Assembly (NCBI GenBank): GCA_030059675.1 | Contig: JANVYQ010000002.1 | Location: forward strand, 64,001-128,000 | DNA: 64,000 bases | Origin: Candidatus Pelearchaeum maunauluense | GTDB taxonomy: Archaea > Thermoproteota > Nitrososphaeria_A > Caldarchaeales > Caldarchaeaceae | Direction: 5' to 3' | In this document: positions 1-11,024 of the stretch, piece by piece | How the letters are laid out: each line of letters opens with the position of its first letter | How positions within the stretch are numbered: position 1 is the stretch's first letter | Translations under genes and position numbers: made by a program | The notes under the pieces: model-generated | Seen by the model: the letters and a program-made list of their open reading frames with translations, nothing else | What the model was told of the DNA's origin: nothing | Databases searched by the model: none

Positions 1-386
1 CATCTTAAGAGAATCCATAATAATTTAAGAACCCATAGAGTTACTTGAGAAGAGAAGGCAATTGCAGTTGCATCTCATTATAATAGAAGAGTTAGGCTCT
101 TCAGGCTTAAAAGGCAGATAATCCTTTTTAACACGTAAGTCAGGCCTAAGTAATGTGTAGCTCAGGAAGACATTTTGAAAGTATAGATGATTCACGTGCT
201 ACTACTGTCAAGCGCTTTCGGAAGGAATAGTCCTATGAGAAAGCCTAAGACAATATAATGAATCGAAAGCGTGATGATACGCCAGAGATCTCATAAGCTA
301 AGAAATTCCTTAACTTTATAAGACTCCACATCGATACCACGTTAGGGTACGGATTGCCTAAGATTTGGCGAATATTAGGAATCGAG

Positions 387-678
387 ATGGAGGCCAAGTA
401 TTGGGGTAATAATCTTCATCGGCCTAGGGGTAACAATCGTGTCAACCATCCTCCTTATGGTGATGCTCACACCGATGGAAATTGACCTAATCATGCTGCT
501 ACTAGGGATTACAGGAACTTTCACATCAGCTTTAGCACTCACGATAGATGCAACGAAGGAGATTCGTCCAAGAACATGTAATAAATAACGTTCAAAACAT
601 CAGCAGAACACTCCAGCAACAAACGAAACCCTACAAAGAATCCTTAACACGCTACAGCAGATACGCGACAAACTATAA
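387..678 (+). pseudogene. Degraded paralog of the adjacent small membrane protein
   Basis: Frameshifted reading MEAKYW...IDLIMLLLGITG resembles MKLKHW...LDLIGVAMGITG of ORF 872-1216. Confidence 0.4.
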
Positions 679-871
679 AGACTAAAAATAATCAACTCTG
701 CGAGTCATGCTACTAATGTTAGCAAGCGCGACGCCTTCAATATCTATAATGCATTTATAAATCGACTATGATGTTAGCCAGTTTCTCGGATAGAGTTTAT
801 GTAAATCTTTAGGTTAGTTGGATCTACTCATTAGAGGGATAAAGAATAAATGAGGGTTTATACCTTTTTTA

Positions 872-1216
872 GTGTGGAGAGGGTTGGGTAGGCTTTTAGA
901 GAGAAACGTTAGGATTCTTGGCTTGTCTATGAAGCTGAAGCATTGGATAGCGGTGTTTACGTTCCTAATTATAGGGATCTTGGGCTTCCTAACAGCTATA
1001 CTGTTATCACCGCTCTTACTGGATTTGATAGGCGTAGCCATGGGGATAACGGGTATACTGCTCAGCTCCCTATCAGCTATATATGGGGCTACGAGCGCGC
1101 AGGTTGATACGTTTAGGCATGAATTTAGGGAGTTCAGGAGAGACGTGGTGGATGAGCTAAGAACGATTAGAATTACTCTAGACGAGGTGCTTAAAGTATT
1201 GAGAGGTGGCGGGTGA
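872..1216 (+). CDS. Small two-TM membrane protein with C-terminal coiled coil (likely start 929)
   Basis: Hydrophobic N-terminal half; heptad-like charged tail. Confidence 0.6.
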   Translation: MWRGLGRLLERNVRILGLSMKLKHWIAVFTFLIIGILGFLTAILLSPLLLDLIGVAMGITGILLSSLSAIYGATSAQVDTFRHEFREFRRDVVDELRTIRITLDEVLKVLRGGG

Positions 1217-1283
1217 ATAGTCAGGAAAGGTTAAAGCTTTAAGAATGCCTTAATAACTCTTAAGAAACTGAGTTAATGGAAGC

Positions 1284-1772
1284 ATGTCTATTGTTCTGGA
1301 ACTTCCTGATAGGCTATTGGTAAAGCTTAAGGAGTTATCGGATTCTAGGAATATTTCCTTAGAAGAGGCGATACTTGAGGCTATTTATGAATACGTTGAG
1401 GAGATGGATCCTGAGATGAGGTCGGAAATGTATCTTAAGCTATGCGAGAAATACCTTAGGGATGCTAAGGAGCTATTGTCTAAGGGAGACTATGTGCAGG
1501 CTGGTGAGAAGTTATGGGGCGCGGCCGCCCAGATAGTTAAGGCAGTAGCTGCTAGGCGGGGGATCGTGCTTGATAGCCACGCGAAGCTATGGGACTTCGT
1601 AGCCTCACTACGCGTTGAGCTGAACGACCCCGATATAGGCAGGCAATGGTCAGTAGCAAACTCGCTGCATAAGAACTTTTACGAAGCTCAGGTCAGCCCT
1701 GAGTTAGTCAAGGACTACGCGGAAGACGTTAGAAAATTCGTAGATAAGCTGAAGCTATTAATAACGAAGTGA
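1284..1772 (+). CDS. PaREP1 (HEPN-like) family protein with N-terminal RHH-like domain
   Basis: QAGEKLWGAAA ... SHAKLW ... ANSLHKNFYE motifs. Confidence 0.85.
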   Translation: MSIVLELPDRLLVKLKELSDSRNISLEEAILEAIYEYVEEMDPEMRSEMYLKLCEKYLRDAKELLSKGDYVQAGEKLWGAAAQIVKAVAARRGIVLDSHAKLWDFVASLRVELNDPDIGRQWSVANSLHKNFYEAQVSPELVKDYAEDVRKFVDKLKLLITK

Positions 1773-1889
1773 CTAAGCATAAATGGAAGATAATACTACT
1801 AAATGAGACTAGATGCATATTCAAGCTAACCTGGGAGGGCAAGCAGAGAAATACATTATATAAGGGCACGGAGTTCGTTGAAGTAGGTC

Positions 1890-2398
1890 ATGCCGTCATT
1901 CTCCGTAAGTATTCCGGAGAATCTAGCTGAGGGACTTCGTAGCAGGGGCGTCGATATAGACTCATATGTAGTTGAGTTAATAATCAGGGAACTGCGATTA
2001 GATCCGCGGTCTGAGGCCGAAGCACACCTAGAACTATCTAGACGCTTCTTAAGGGAGGCTAGCGATCTTCTCAATAGAGATTCCGTCCAAGCTAGCGAGA
2101 AGCTGCATAAAGCGGCTGAAGAAGCCGTGAAGGCCCTAGCAGTAGCAATGAGCTTACAGGACTGATAAACAAGGCTAGGCAAAGGGGTAGATGGACTGTA
2201 ACGGAGCTTGAGAAGGCCGTCAGAGAGATTTCTAAGACCTTAGGTGAGGATTTTAGGAGGTGGTGGGATACAGCTTGGGCCCTCCACGTATGGGGTTTCC
2301 ACGAAGCTAAGCTAGACTTAGAAGCCGTGAACAGCAGGCTAAAGGACATAGAGAATATAGTTAAGAGCGTGGAGGATTTCATAAGTAAACAAAAGTAG
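1890..2398 (+). pseudogene. PaREP1 family, frameshifted near 2160
   Basis: QASEKLHKAAEEAVKALA, continuing in another frame with GRWTVTELEKAV...AWALHVWGFHEAKL. Confidence 0.75.
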
Positions 2399-2542
2399 TT
2401 TCCAAAATTCAAAGACTTGAGAAGTTCTAATTCAAATGAAGTAATAAAGATTGTTTCAAAGATTTTCTCTTAACAAAAGAAGATCATCTATTCTGGGAAA
2501 GAACAAGTATAGGTTTAAGGTTAAAAGAACACATAGACCGTA

Positions 2543-2914
2543 ATGTGCTCTCGGAGAATCGTAGTTATTGGTCTAGACTCTGTTCCCTTGTCATTGTTAT
2601 TTAATGAGCTTAGAGATGAGATGCCGACTATTAAGAGGCTGATCGAGCCCGGTCTTTACTCGGTTTTGGAGAGCTGCCATCCACCCATTACTGTCCCTGC
2701 TTGGATGGTCATGATGACTAGCAAGAATCCTGGGAGACTTGGCATATACGGGTTTAGGCATAGGAGGGGCAGCTCTTATAGTGAGATAAACATAGCTAAT
2801 TCAACATACGTTAGGAGGGAGATGACTGTATGGGATATCGTCTCGAAGCATGGGAGGAGGTATGCGCGGCGACTTCTGCATCAACGAGTGGCTTATCAGG
2901 CACGCCAGAACTAG
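2543..2914 (+). pseudogene. Type I phosphodiesterase / nucleotide pyrophosphatase, internally deleted fragment
   Basis: VIGLDS...PPITVPAW...NPGRLGIYGF, then an abrupt jump to a downstream motif (FCINEWL). Confidence 0.7.
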
Positions 2915-3048
2915 CAATCTGGACCTTCAAAAACTCAGGCCTAAAATACCTAGCAATAGGAAACTGCCTCCTAAAAAGGAAGTAACAGGTCAAAGCACAT
3001 TGAAAAAGCCTAAACACATCTTCGACAACGTTCAAAAAGAGCAAATAC

Positions 3049-3549
3049 ATGAGCATCACCGTTCCTAAAGTAATAGTAGAGGAGCTGCGGAGAAGGGCGA
3101 AGAGAGCAGGAGCGTCAGTCGATGAATACCTGCTAGACCTTTTAACGAGGGACTCAGACCCAGAGGAGGCTTGGAGAAAATACCTAGCAGGGGGCGGAGC
3201 AGCTCCTAGATCAGTCCGAGAAGAGCTGGGGAGGGGCGATCTCCGACAAGCGAGCGAGAAGCTATGGGGAGCGTGCGCGCTAGCGGTAAAAGCACATGCC
3301 CTAGCGAAGAAGGCAAAGAAAATAGAATCTCACGCAGAACTCTGGGAATACAAAGACCAGGTAGCCCAGGAGATAGGTGAGTGGATAAGGCCAGCGTTCA
3401 GGCAGGCAAGCCTAATGCACACAAACTTCTACGAAAACCAAGCAACGAAAAAGGACATAGAGGACGTGCTAAGAGAGGTCAAAAATCTAGTAGAGGCAAT
3501 ATCACAAAAACTGAAGCAGCGACAAACAAGCAATAACAAGCACGGCTAA
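3049..3549 (+). CDS. PaREP1 family protein
   Basis: QASEKLWGACALAVKAHA, SHAELW, MHTNFYE. Confidence 0.8.
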   Translation: MSITVPKVIVEELRRRAKRAGASVDEYLLDLLTRDSDPEEAWRKYLAGGGAAPRSVREELGRGDLRQASEKLWGACALAVKAHALAKKAKKIESHAELWEYKDQVAQEIGEWIRPAFRQASLMHTNFYENQATKKDIEDVLREVKNLVEAISQKLKQRQTSNNKHG

Positions 3550-3604
3550 AAACCAGACTATTTCAGTAAAGCTATAAGCCAGGAGATAAGTGATTGCTTA
3601 AGGA

Positions 3605-4090
3605 ATGGAAACGATACAGGTCCCTAGAAACGTTAAGCAGGCCCTTAGGAGGATAGCTGAGGAGAGGGGATTAACTCTAGGGGAGGCGCTGGTCGAATTG
3701 GTAATCGACGCGTCAGACCCAGGTGAGAGGTCGAGAGCCTACATAGAGGCGGCCCATGAGCTTATAGCACAGGCAGGCAGAGAGCTGGAGGAGGGGAGCT
3801 ACAGGCAGGCATCCGAGAAGATATGGGGAGCGGCGGCCCTAGCTATAAAGGCACACGCATACAGCAGCGAGAAGAAAAGGCTAGCATCACATTCAGAGTT
3901 ATGGCAGTATAAGAGCAAGATAGCAGAAGAGCTTGGAGAATGGATACACGACGCCTGGGCACAGGCTAACGCCATGCATACAAACTTCTACGAGAGATGG
4001 GCAGACAAACAATCAATACAAAAAGCGTTAGACAGCGTAGAAAAACTAATAGAAGCAATATATCAGAAAGTAACAAACAAAAACCCTTGA
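3605..4090 (+). CDS. PaREP1 family protein (tandem paralog)
   Basis: QASEKIWGAAALAIKAHA, SHSELW, MHTNFYE. Confidence 0.85.
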   Translation: METIQVPRNVKQALRRIAEERGLTLGEALVELVIDASDPGERSRAYIEAAHELIAQAGRELEEGSYRQASEKIWGAAALAIKAHAYSSEKKRLASHSELWQYKSKIAEELGEWIHDAWAQANAMHTNFYERWADKQSIQKALDSVEKLIEAIYQKVTNKNP

Positions 4091-4513
4091 CAAACTGTAG
4101 CACATCCACTCTCTGGGTTGAATGGGATAAATTCGGAAAGGACTGGAAGACGATAGATATGAGGAATATATCCGAGGTATGGAATTATTCAACGCAACGT
4201 ATTCTTCAGAAACTCATCTAAACGCTTTCTAATAGCTTCTAGATGAAAACCCAGTTTCAGTAATGCTTATAGAAGCAGACGCAGGAATACTTGTCACAAC
4301 ACCATTACTAATAATTAGTAACCTTTTTACTTTTGGAAGTGATAGTAAGAAGAAATGGTGAGAAATAATAACTAAGAGAATCGCATAGACTAAAAGACAG
4401 CCTGAGAAGTACGCTTGGTCCGGCTGAAGTATTCATAGCCTTACGTATAGCAAATATTTTTATAGCCCTTCAAGATACCCACGGTTGCGGCGTACAACCA
4501 GAGCGCTCTCCTA

Positions 4514-5175
4514 TTGGTGGAGCGGCTTACTAAGCAAGAGGCAATACTGCCAGCTAGGCTTATTAACTCTCTAGAGCAGCTATTTCTATTCATAGAGGAG
4601 GATTTAGTCAAACCCCTCATGAATTGTAAGCCAGAAGAATTCGAAGCAAAGCTAAAAGAAGTACTAGCTATTTATGGCAACTTGAGGGGGCTATAGGCCT
4701 CATAACCTGGAGCGTATATCAAAAAGACATAGAGAGGTTGAGAGAACTTTATCTTAAGAGCTACGACACCATTCGCACGTATCTGCAGAAGGTGGGCGAT
4801 AAGATAGGCGAGGAATACTCGATAGCACTCCTAAGCACGCTCGACGCCTTCTACGAGCTAGTACTAAGCATGCTCAGCAAGGTTATACAAGGTAAGCAGG
4901 AAGAGCTGGGTAAGCTGATACAGGTTGAACCCGGTGAAGCAGCTATCGGCTTTCAGCTCAGCGAGAGCTTCATCAAGCTATCCCTCCATTCAACAATCCT
5001 AGATTTAGGTTTATGGGCTGCATATAGTATTGCTAATGCTGAGGAGTTAAACGATATAGAGATTGAGAACTGCAGGAAATTATCCAAGATAATGGAAGAG
5101 CACGCCGCCGAGCTTGAGGAGTGCTCCGACCCAGCTCTCCTCGACGAACCCGTTAACAGCTCCTGTCTCGACTAG
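4514..5175 (+). pseudogene. Helical hypothetical protein split into two frames
   Basis: Adjacent ORFs 4514-4696 and 4738-5175 of similar composition. Confidence 0.4.
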
Positions 5176-5441
5176 GACGTTGGGCCTGAACCTCTCGACG
5201 CTGAAGTCGCTCGCAGGCCTGAGCTTCCTCAGGGACTTTAAGCTAGAAGTCGTGAGCAGGTGAACGGCTCTCCCCTTTCACGCCCTCTTCTCCATCAACC
5301 AGCCGACCTCTGGGAGCCTGATGAGCCTTAATACTCCCACAAGGCTTTTACGGAGTGCAGTAGCTTCAATTCTTTAGGATAAAAATCGCAAATCACAAAT
5401 TTTATAAGTACATCAATCTTAAAAGTTAACGCCGAGGAGAG

Positions 5442-6189
5442 GGCAGTGTCAAGTTAAGTTTTCCCATAGGGCTGGTGTAGTTCCCAGCGTTCTATGGATT
5501 CTTATGTTGTTGTAGTAGTATGTGAAGAGCGTTGGCCAGTTTTGTACATGCGTTCTGGCTCCTTGCTTGCATCTGCATGGGAAATATTTGCTGAATCTAG
5601 TTATTCGCTGTTTTAATGTTAGAAACCAGCGTTCAATGTAGTTTCTGAATCCTCCGCTTATCACTTGGTGTTTGAGCCTTAACCACTTTAGGGCTTGATG
5701 GTACCATGGCCCCCATCCGTACATACTAGTTTAGGCCTACCATAACGCTTAATAAATTCCATCATAAAGGCGTATACGCTTAGGGTGGAGCGGCTTGGAT
5801 ATAGCCTTAAAAGCAGAATACGCCTCGATTCAGGGTTTATTGTAGCATGTAAATAGACTATTTCACCACCAATGTTTATGGATGTCTCATCTAAGACTAT
5901 TATCTTAGGTTTTTTAGCCTTATCAGCCTCAAAAAGCTTTGGAGCAAACCTTTGAATCCACTTCCATATGGCGTTATGGCTACGCTTTAAGCCTTCAACC
6001 TCTGAGGCTGAAGCCTCCCGGAGCGAAAGCCCAGCAGCATGCCTCACAAGCCACTGAACAATAGCACTAGGAGAAGTTCTCCCGACGCTGAACGGCCCCC
6101 AACCTCAGCCTCCATCTGATCCAAAGCCAAATCAAGCCAAACCATAAACTGTAATATAAATAGAATAACTCTCTTGAGTTGACACTGCC
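5442..6189 (-). mobile_element. IS6-family insertion sequence with frameshifted DDE transposase
   Basis: TIR GGCAGTGTCAA (5442-5452 / 6179-6189); 8-bp target duplication GAGGAGAG (5434-5441, 6190-6197); transposase motifs VLDET, TDGG, RNYIERWF across ORFs 5688-6047 and 5449-5724. Confidence 0.9.
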
Positions 6190-6201
6190 GAGGAGAGATT
6201 C

Positions 6202-7662
6202 ATGTCTGAAAAGAACTCCTCGGAGAAAGTTAAATTAGGATTCATGGATCCCCTAAAGCTTACTGACTTTCCCCCTGTGCCTGGCATATTCGCACTGCTT
6301 GGAGCTGGTGTTATTCTGGCATCATTTAACCTTGGTAGCGGCGAATTAATTTGGTGGCCATACATGACTGCCAAGTATGGGCTTGCCTTTGTTTGGTTAA
6401 TGATACCATTCGCTCTTATGCAGTGGTGGATTAATACGGAGTTAGCCAGATATTCGCTGGTAACAGGAGAACCTACATGGGCTGCCTTTACAAGAGCAAG
6501 CAGAAAGTTTAGCATAATATATTTTGCCATGGCAGTCGTAACGTTGTTGTGGTGGGGAGGATACGCTGCAGCAGGAGGAACGGCACTTGCAGCCGTTACA
6601 AATTTCCCTCCTGGCTGGGATGCCCGTGGACAAACACTTTTCTGGTCATATGTCACAATGATTCTCTTCTTCGCTGCATTAGTCCTATCGCCAATAATCT
6701 ACAAATTCCTTGAAAGATTTCTCCTTGTCTGCATGATAATAGGGGTCGGTGGCGTCATCATAGTTGCTTTTCACCCAGCTCTATGGGGATACTGGCCAAC
6801 CTTTGCATCAGCACTGGTGACTCCTCAACCGTGGCCATCGAATTTTGATCCAAAGGATTATGATATTTTGCTAACCTCGCTTGCCTACCTGGGTCTAGGT
6901 GGCTTTTGGCAACTTACGTATCCAAATTGGGTTCGAGAAGTTGGAACTGGAATGAGTAAGTATTTGGGTAGGATAACGAGTCCAGTAACTGGTAAACCGG
7001 AACCAGTCGGAGTCGCAGGATTTGCCCCTAGATGTGATGAAGAAAACAAAAAGCGTTACTACGGTTGGCTTAAAACTGTTTACGCTAATAATACGTGGGG
7101 AGTGGGGGTAAATTTATTCACAACCATCCTGTTAGCGTTTCTAGCGTACGCCATTTTGCATCCTAAGGGAATTTGGCCTTCAGGCTATAGACTTGTCGTT
7201 GAACAAGGACGTTTTCTTGGTGAGTTGTGGCCACCCGGTTTTACCTTGTTCCTAATTGTAGCAGGTTTCCTCATCGTAGATACCTACGCGGTCATACTAG
7301 ACTTTGTACCCAGACTTTACACGGACTTTCTCCACACAACCTTTCCGCAAACAAGAAAAAGACCTTACCGATGGTGGTATTATCTATTTGTATGCATCTT
7401 CTTTGTGTGGACTGCCATAAGCATACTGCTAGCACCGCCCGGAGCATTGATAGTATGGGGTGGAGTACTTAACTTCTTGGCATGGCCTGTAATGCACTTT
7501 GCTATGCTTTATGTCAACTACTACAAACTACCAAAGTCTATATGTCCGTGGTTAAGGCCTAAGTGGCATTGGCTAGTACTGGGTTTAATAATTTCATTAA
7601 TATATACAGCTATTTCCATATGGTACTTGTCACTAGTAATACCAGCAGCACTAGGGTTTTAA
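6202..7662 (+). CDS. Nramp/APC-superfamily divalent-metal-type transporter
   Basis: GSGELIWWP motif, ARYSLVTGE, about 11 hydrophobic segments. Confidence 0.75.
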   Translation: MSEKNSSEKVKLGFMDPLKLTDFPPVPGIFALLGAGVILASFNLGSGELIWWPYMTAKYGLAFVWLMIPFALMQWWINTELARYSLVTGEPTWAAFTRASRKFSIIYFAMAVVTLLWWGGYAAAGGTALAAVTNFPPGWDARGQTLFWSYVTMILFFAALVLSPIIYKFLERFLLVCMIIGVGGVIIVAFHPALWGYWPTFASALVTPQPWPSNFDPKDYDILLTSLAYLGLGGFWQLTYPNWVREVGTGMSKYLGRITSPVTGKPEPVGVAGFAPRCDEENKKRYYGWLKTVYANNTWGVGVNLFTTILLAFLAYAILHPKGIWPSGYRLVVEQGRFLGELWPPGFTLFLIVAGFLIVDTYAVILDFVPRLYTDFLHTTFPQTRKRPYRWWYYLFVCIFFVWTAISILLAPPGALIVWGGVLNFLAWPVMHFAMLYVNYYKLPKSICPWLRPKWHWLVLGLIISLIYTAISIWYLSLVIPAALGF

Positions 7663-7882
7663 TTAAGGTCTTCGAATACTGGCAAAAACTATGAATATTA
7701 CGAAAGCTACTGCGAGAAAGAGATATAGCATTTCCATTCGTTTCTTTTTTCATAAACTCTTCATATTTTTTCTTGCAATACAAGCTACAGAACTGGTTTT
7801 CTGGTTTGATCGAAATTCCACAAACAGGACAGTGCCGATGCTTCGGTATACTGGTGGTCTCTTTTCTACGTTTACGGGACAT
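7610..7882 (-). CDS. DUF2116-like Zn-ribbon protein (3' end probably frameshifted)
   Basis: IPKHRHCPVCGISI...FCSLYC. Confidence 0.6.
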   Translation of the reverse strand: MSRKRRKETTSIPKHRHCPVCGISIKPENQFCSLYCKKKYEEFMKKETNGNAISLSRSSFRNIHSFCQYSKTLIKTLVLLVLLVTSTIWK

Positions 7883-7975
7883 TTCTCAACCTCGTGGTAA
7901 GCTCTATCTTAAATAATTGAGCTTTAAGCATAATTTTTTTATTTATTTCTTCTACTTCAACAGTTCGGGAACCGT

Positions 7976-8135
7976 ATGAAGTGGCACGCTATGGAAAGTG
8001 AAGAAGTTTTACGAGGCTTACAGCCAGGTCTTGAGGGGTTAACTACGGAGGAAGCAAGAAAGTCTAACACAGTACGGATATAATGAACGAGGGAGAAAAG
8101 GCGTCGAACCGCATTTCAAATGTTTTTGGGCCAAA
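7976..8135 (+). pseudogene. N-terminal remnant of a cation-transporting P-type ATPase
   Basis: MKWHAMESEEVL...EGLTTEEARK..YGYNE, frameshifted and truncated. Confidence 0.55.
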
Positions 8136-8460
8136 ATACGAGAGATACAAGATATGAGTGTTCTATTATCTCCCATGGAACGACCCCTGGGTTAGGGAGA
8201 ATGCCCATAAAGGAGCAGGGGGCTGCCCGTTCAATTGCTCATTCTGCGCATCCTCAAGGCTTTTCGGCGGATGCTGGAGAGCCAGAAAACGTCCTAGAAG
8301 AAATCAAAATCACCCTTAAAGTAGCAATAAATTATATCAGAGAAAATTTCTCCTTGATAACATGACGGATCCATCAGAATTCCTCCTTGTTAATATGGAA
8401 TCCATGAAACAACGGAACACACCACTATACATGATATGTGCGCGTGGTTTACCTTGGCGT

Positions 8461-8544
8461 TTCATGGTGAGTTCGTACTTCCTACTTGGCATTCTATAGT
8501 GAGTCCGTACTTTTTCCTTGGTGGTTCATGGTGAGTTCATAGTC
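8461..8544. repeat. Tandem 32-bp degenerate repeats (GTGAGTYC core)
   Basis: Units start at 8461, 8493 and 8525. Confidence 0.6.
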
Positions 8545-8825
8545 ATGGACCAGGCCAGGAAGATAATACTCCAGAAAGAGCTCAAGAAATAACATTAGGA
8601 AGCTTCAGAGAAACCCGTAAGCTTCAACTGGAAGGACGTAGGCTGGGCCTTGGGAAGCCTAAAAGTGAATATAGGTCTCCTGAAGGACGACGTAGAACAG
8701 AGGAACGCCATCCAAGCCTACACAACCACCAAGGACATGCTGGAAACCCTCGGGAAACTAAAGAACCTCCTATCCCTACACACAGACATCAGGGGATTCT
8801 AAGCGGAAACGTTTCCGCTAGATGG

Positions 8826-9158
8826 GTGGTAACAGCGGGAACGCTTAAAGTGAGGCTTGACGTAGGGATAGTTGAAGTGGTTCCGATGTCGGGGAAACGT
8901 GGGGAAAGGGTTGGGGAACGTGTTCAGCGATTTAAGGAGCTTATAAAGCAGGGCTACCGCGTAAGGGAGGCTCTGAAGGAGAGCGGGTTGAGCGGACAGC
9001 AATATAAAAAGCACGACCACGAAATATGGTCTGATCCCGAGATGGAGTCATATAAGCCCGAGCCCGTGATGCAGAGAACTGAGGAGCTGAATGACTCCGA
9101 CTCTGTAGAGAAGGAGGTGCTCTGGCCGGTTAGGATGGAGTTCTTAAGATCGAACTAG
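8826..9158 (+). CDS. Hypothetical protein, possibly plasmid- or virus-derived
   Basis: ORF preceded by perfect palindrome AGCGGAAACGTTTCCGCT (8802-8819). Confidence 0.4.
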   Translation: MVTAGTLKVRLDVGIVEVVPMSGKRGERVGERVQRFKELIKQGYRVREALKESGLSGQQYKKHDHEIWSDPEMESYKPEPVMQRTEELNDSDSVEKEVLWPVRMEFLRSN

Positions 9159-9351
9159 CTTGGCTCCTTCAACGTAAACCTAGATCTAGTCGAAACCAAC
9201 ATTTCGGGGCTGATGGGGTGATGAAGAGGAGAAAGTTAAAGCCGCGCGTTTTGTTTCAGACGCTGTGATTGTTAGATATGGAAAGAAGATGTTGGGTCTA
9301 GAAGGTAGGTAGGTTATCGTTATCTTTGGTTTTCTGGTCTTTAAGAAGGGA

Positions 9352-9825
9352 TTGCATTTACTCGTAGACGCCGTGAGAAAAGTACAAAACGTTGTAAACA
9401 ATGTTGTGTTACTCATCATTAGGGCTTCAAGAAAAGAAATGACCCTACATAGAAAATTTGGTATCAGTGTTGTGTTGACAGGCTATGTTCCAGAAAATGA
9501 GCAACCTCTATACTTTAGTGCTGCAGACGTCTTTGTATTTCCAAGCGACGATGATGTTGTAGGAGCGTTAGGTGCTGTAGCTAGGGTGCTATGCTATTCA
9601 AAGCCTATTATAGTAACTGATGTCCCAAGATTTTACGAGCTGAAGAGAGATGGCGTAGTAATGGTTGTGCCTAGTGGGAATGCAGAGTCACTAGCGAAAG
9701 TAGTAATGAATACACTCAACAATTTGAATGGTGTAAAAGCAGGGAAAATGCTTCAATATTGTAGGGAGAGATCTTGGAAGGTTATAGCTAGTAGGTGGCT
9801 TGAGATCATCAAGCAACTTGCTTGA
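9352..9825 (+). pseudogene. GT4 glycosyltransferase, C-terminal fragment
   Basis: GYVPENEQPLYFSAADVFVFPS...SKPIIVTDV. Confidence 0.7.
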
Positions 9826-9841
9826 GGGTTGTAGGGTGGTT

Positions 9842-10353
9842 ATGGATTCTAGTGGTTTTGTTCTTAGTGTTGTTGTGCCTACGTATAATGAGAGGGAGAA
9901 TGTAGGGATCTTATAGAGAGGATTGATAGGGCTTTGAGGGTTTGTGGTGTCCCCTATGAAGTTGTTATTGTTGATGATAGCTCGCCTGATGGTACTGCTG
10001 ATTATGCTGAGGGGTTGTCTAGGATCTACCCTGTTAGGGTTGTTAGGAGGCCTGGTAAGCTGGGTCTCTCGTCAGCTGTTTTAGATGGTGTTAGGGCCTC
10101 TAGGGGTAGCGTAGTAGCTGTTATGGATGCTGACCTCCAGCACCCGCCTGAGGTTCTGCCCGCTATGCTTAAGAAGTTAATGGACTATGGATGCGATGTG
10201 GTTATAGCGTCGCACTATGTGGAGGGTGGCTCGGTGGGTAGCTGGTCCTTCCATAGGAGGTTAGTGTCTTGGGGGGCTATACTGGTGGCGAAGGTACTAC
10301 TCCCTAAGGTGAGGGGGTTAAGGACCCTATCTCAGTCCACTGCCTGGTATTGA
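9842..10353 (+). pseudogene. Polyprenol-phosphate mannose synthase (GT2), frameshifted and truncated
   Basis: VVVPTYNERENV upstream in another frame; IVDDSSPDGT; VMDADLQHPP. Confidence 0.75.
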
Positions 10354-11024
10354 CATAAATCCCTAAAGTATGCTTAACAAGCTTCGCAAAACTACTCTCC
10401 GTATATTCACCGTCTTCATCTACCCCACCAAGCACGAAGATAGAGATGTTAGACCACTTTTCCTAAGCTCTTGACAGCGTAACGTTCTCAAGGATATCAA
10501 CTTTAAGTTTCTCATGTAATTTTAACAGTAACTCAGTTGTTTTATGTAAAGGTATGATATTCTCCTTAACATAATTCTTCCATCCATCAACACTCCAATA
10601 TACAAAGTCTGATTCTTCCATCATACGACTCTTATTGAAAGCAATCATGCTAATTTATTTTAGGCTTAAAAGCGTTTTAATTAACGCTTACAAGGAATTA
10701 TTAATGTTCTACAGCCTTAAGAGACTCCCTTTCTGTCTAACCTACTGCTTAGCAGAACATCTTAAAACACCTTTTAAGGGTATCCGGAATCCTAGCTAAC
10801 ACAGGAACAAGACTCTCAGTACGCTTCCGTTTACTAGCTGACAAGCTAACGATTAATCAAGCTGGAAGAACTAAGGATTATGAAACACTAGTCAATTTAA
10901 TAAAAACTGAAAAGCATCCAGATATCTTACCATTATATACCTGCCTATTTTCATAATCCCCTTATACTAACCATTCCGAGATATTAAAGAAGATTTATAT
11001 AGACATCTTACGGATTCGGCAAAC

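Noticed and set aside
8494-8510. Similarity to the reverse T7 promoter (vector contamination)
   Set aside because: Imperfect match, and part of a native 32-bp repeat.
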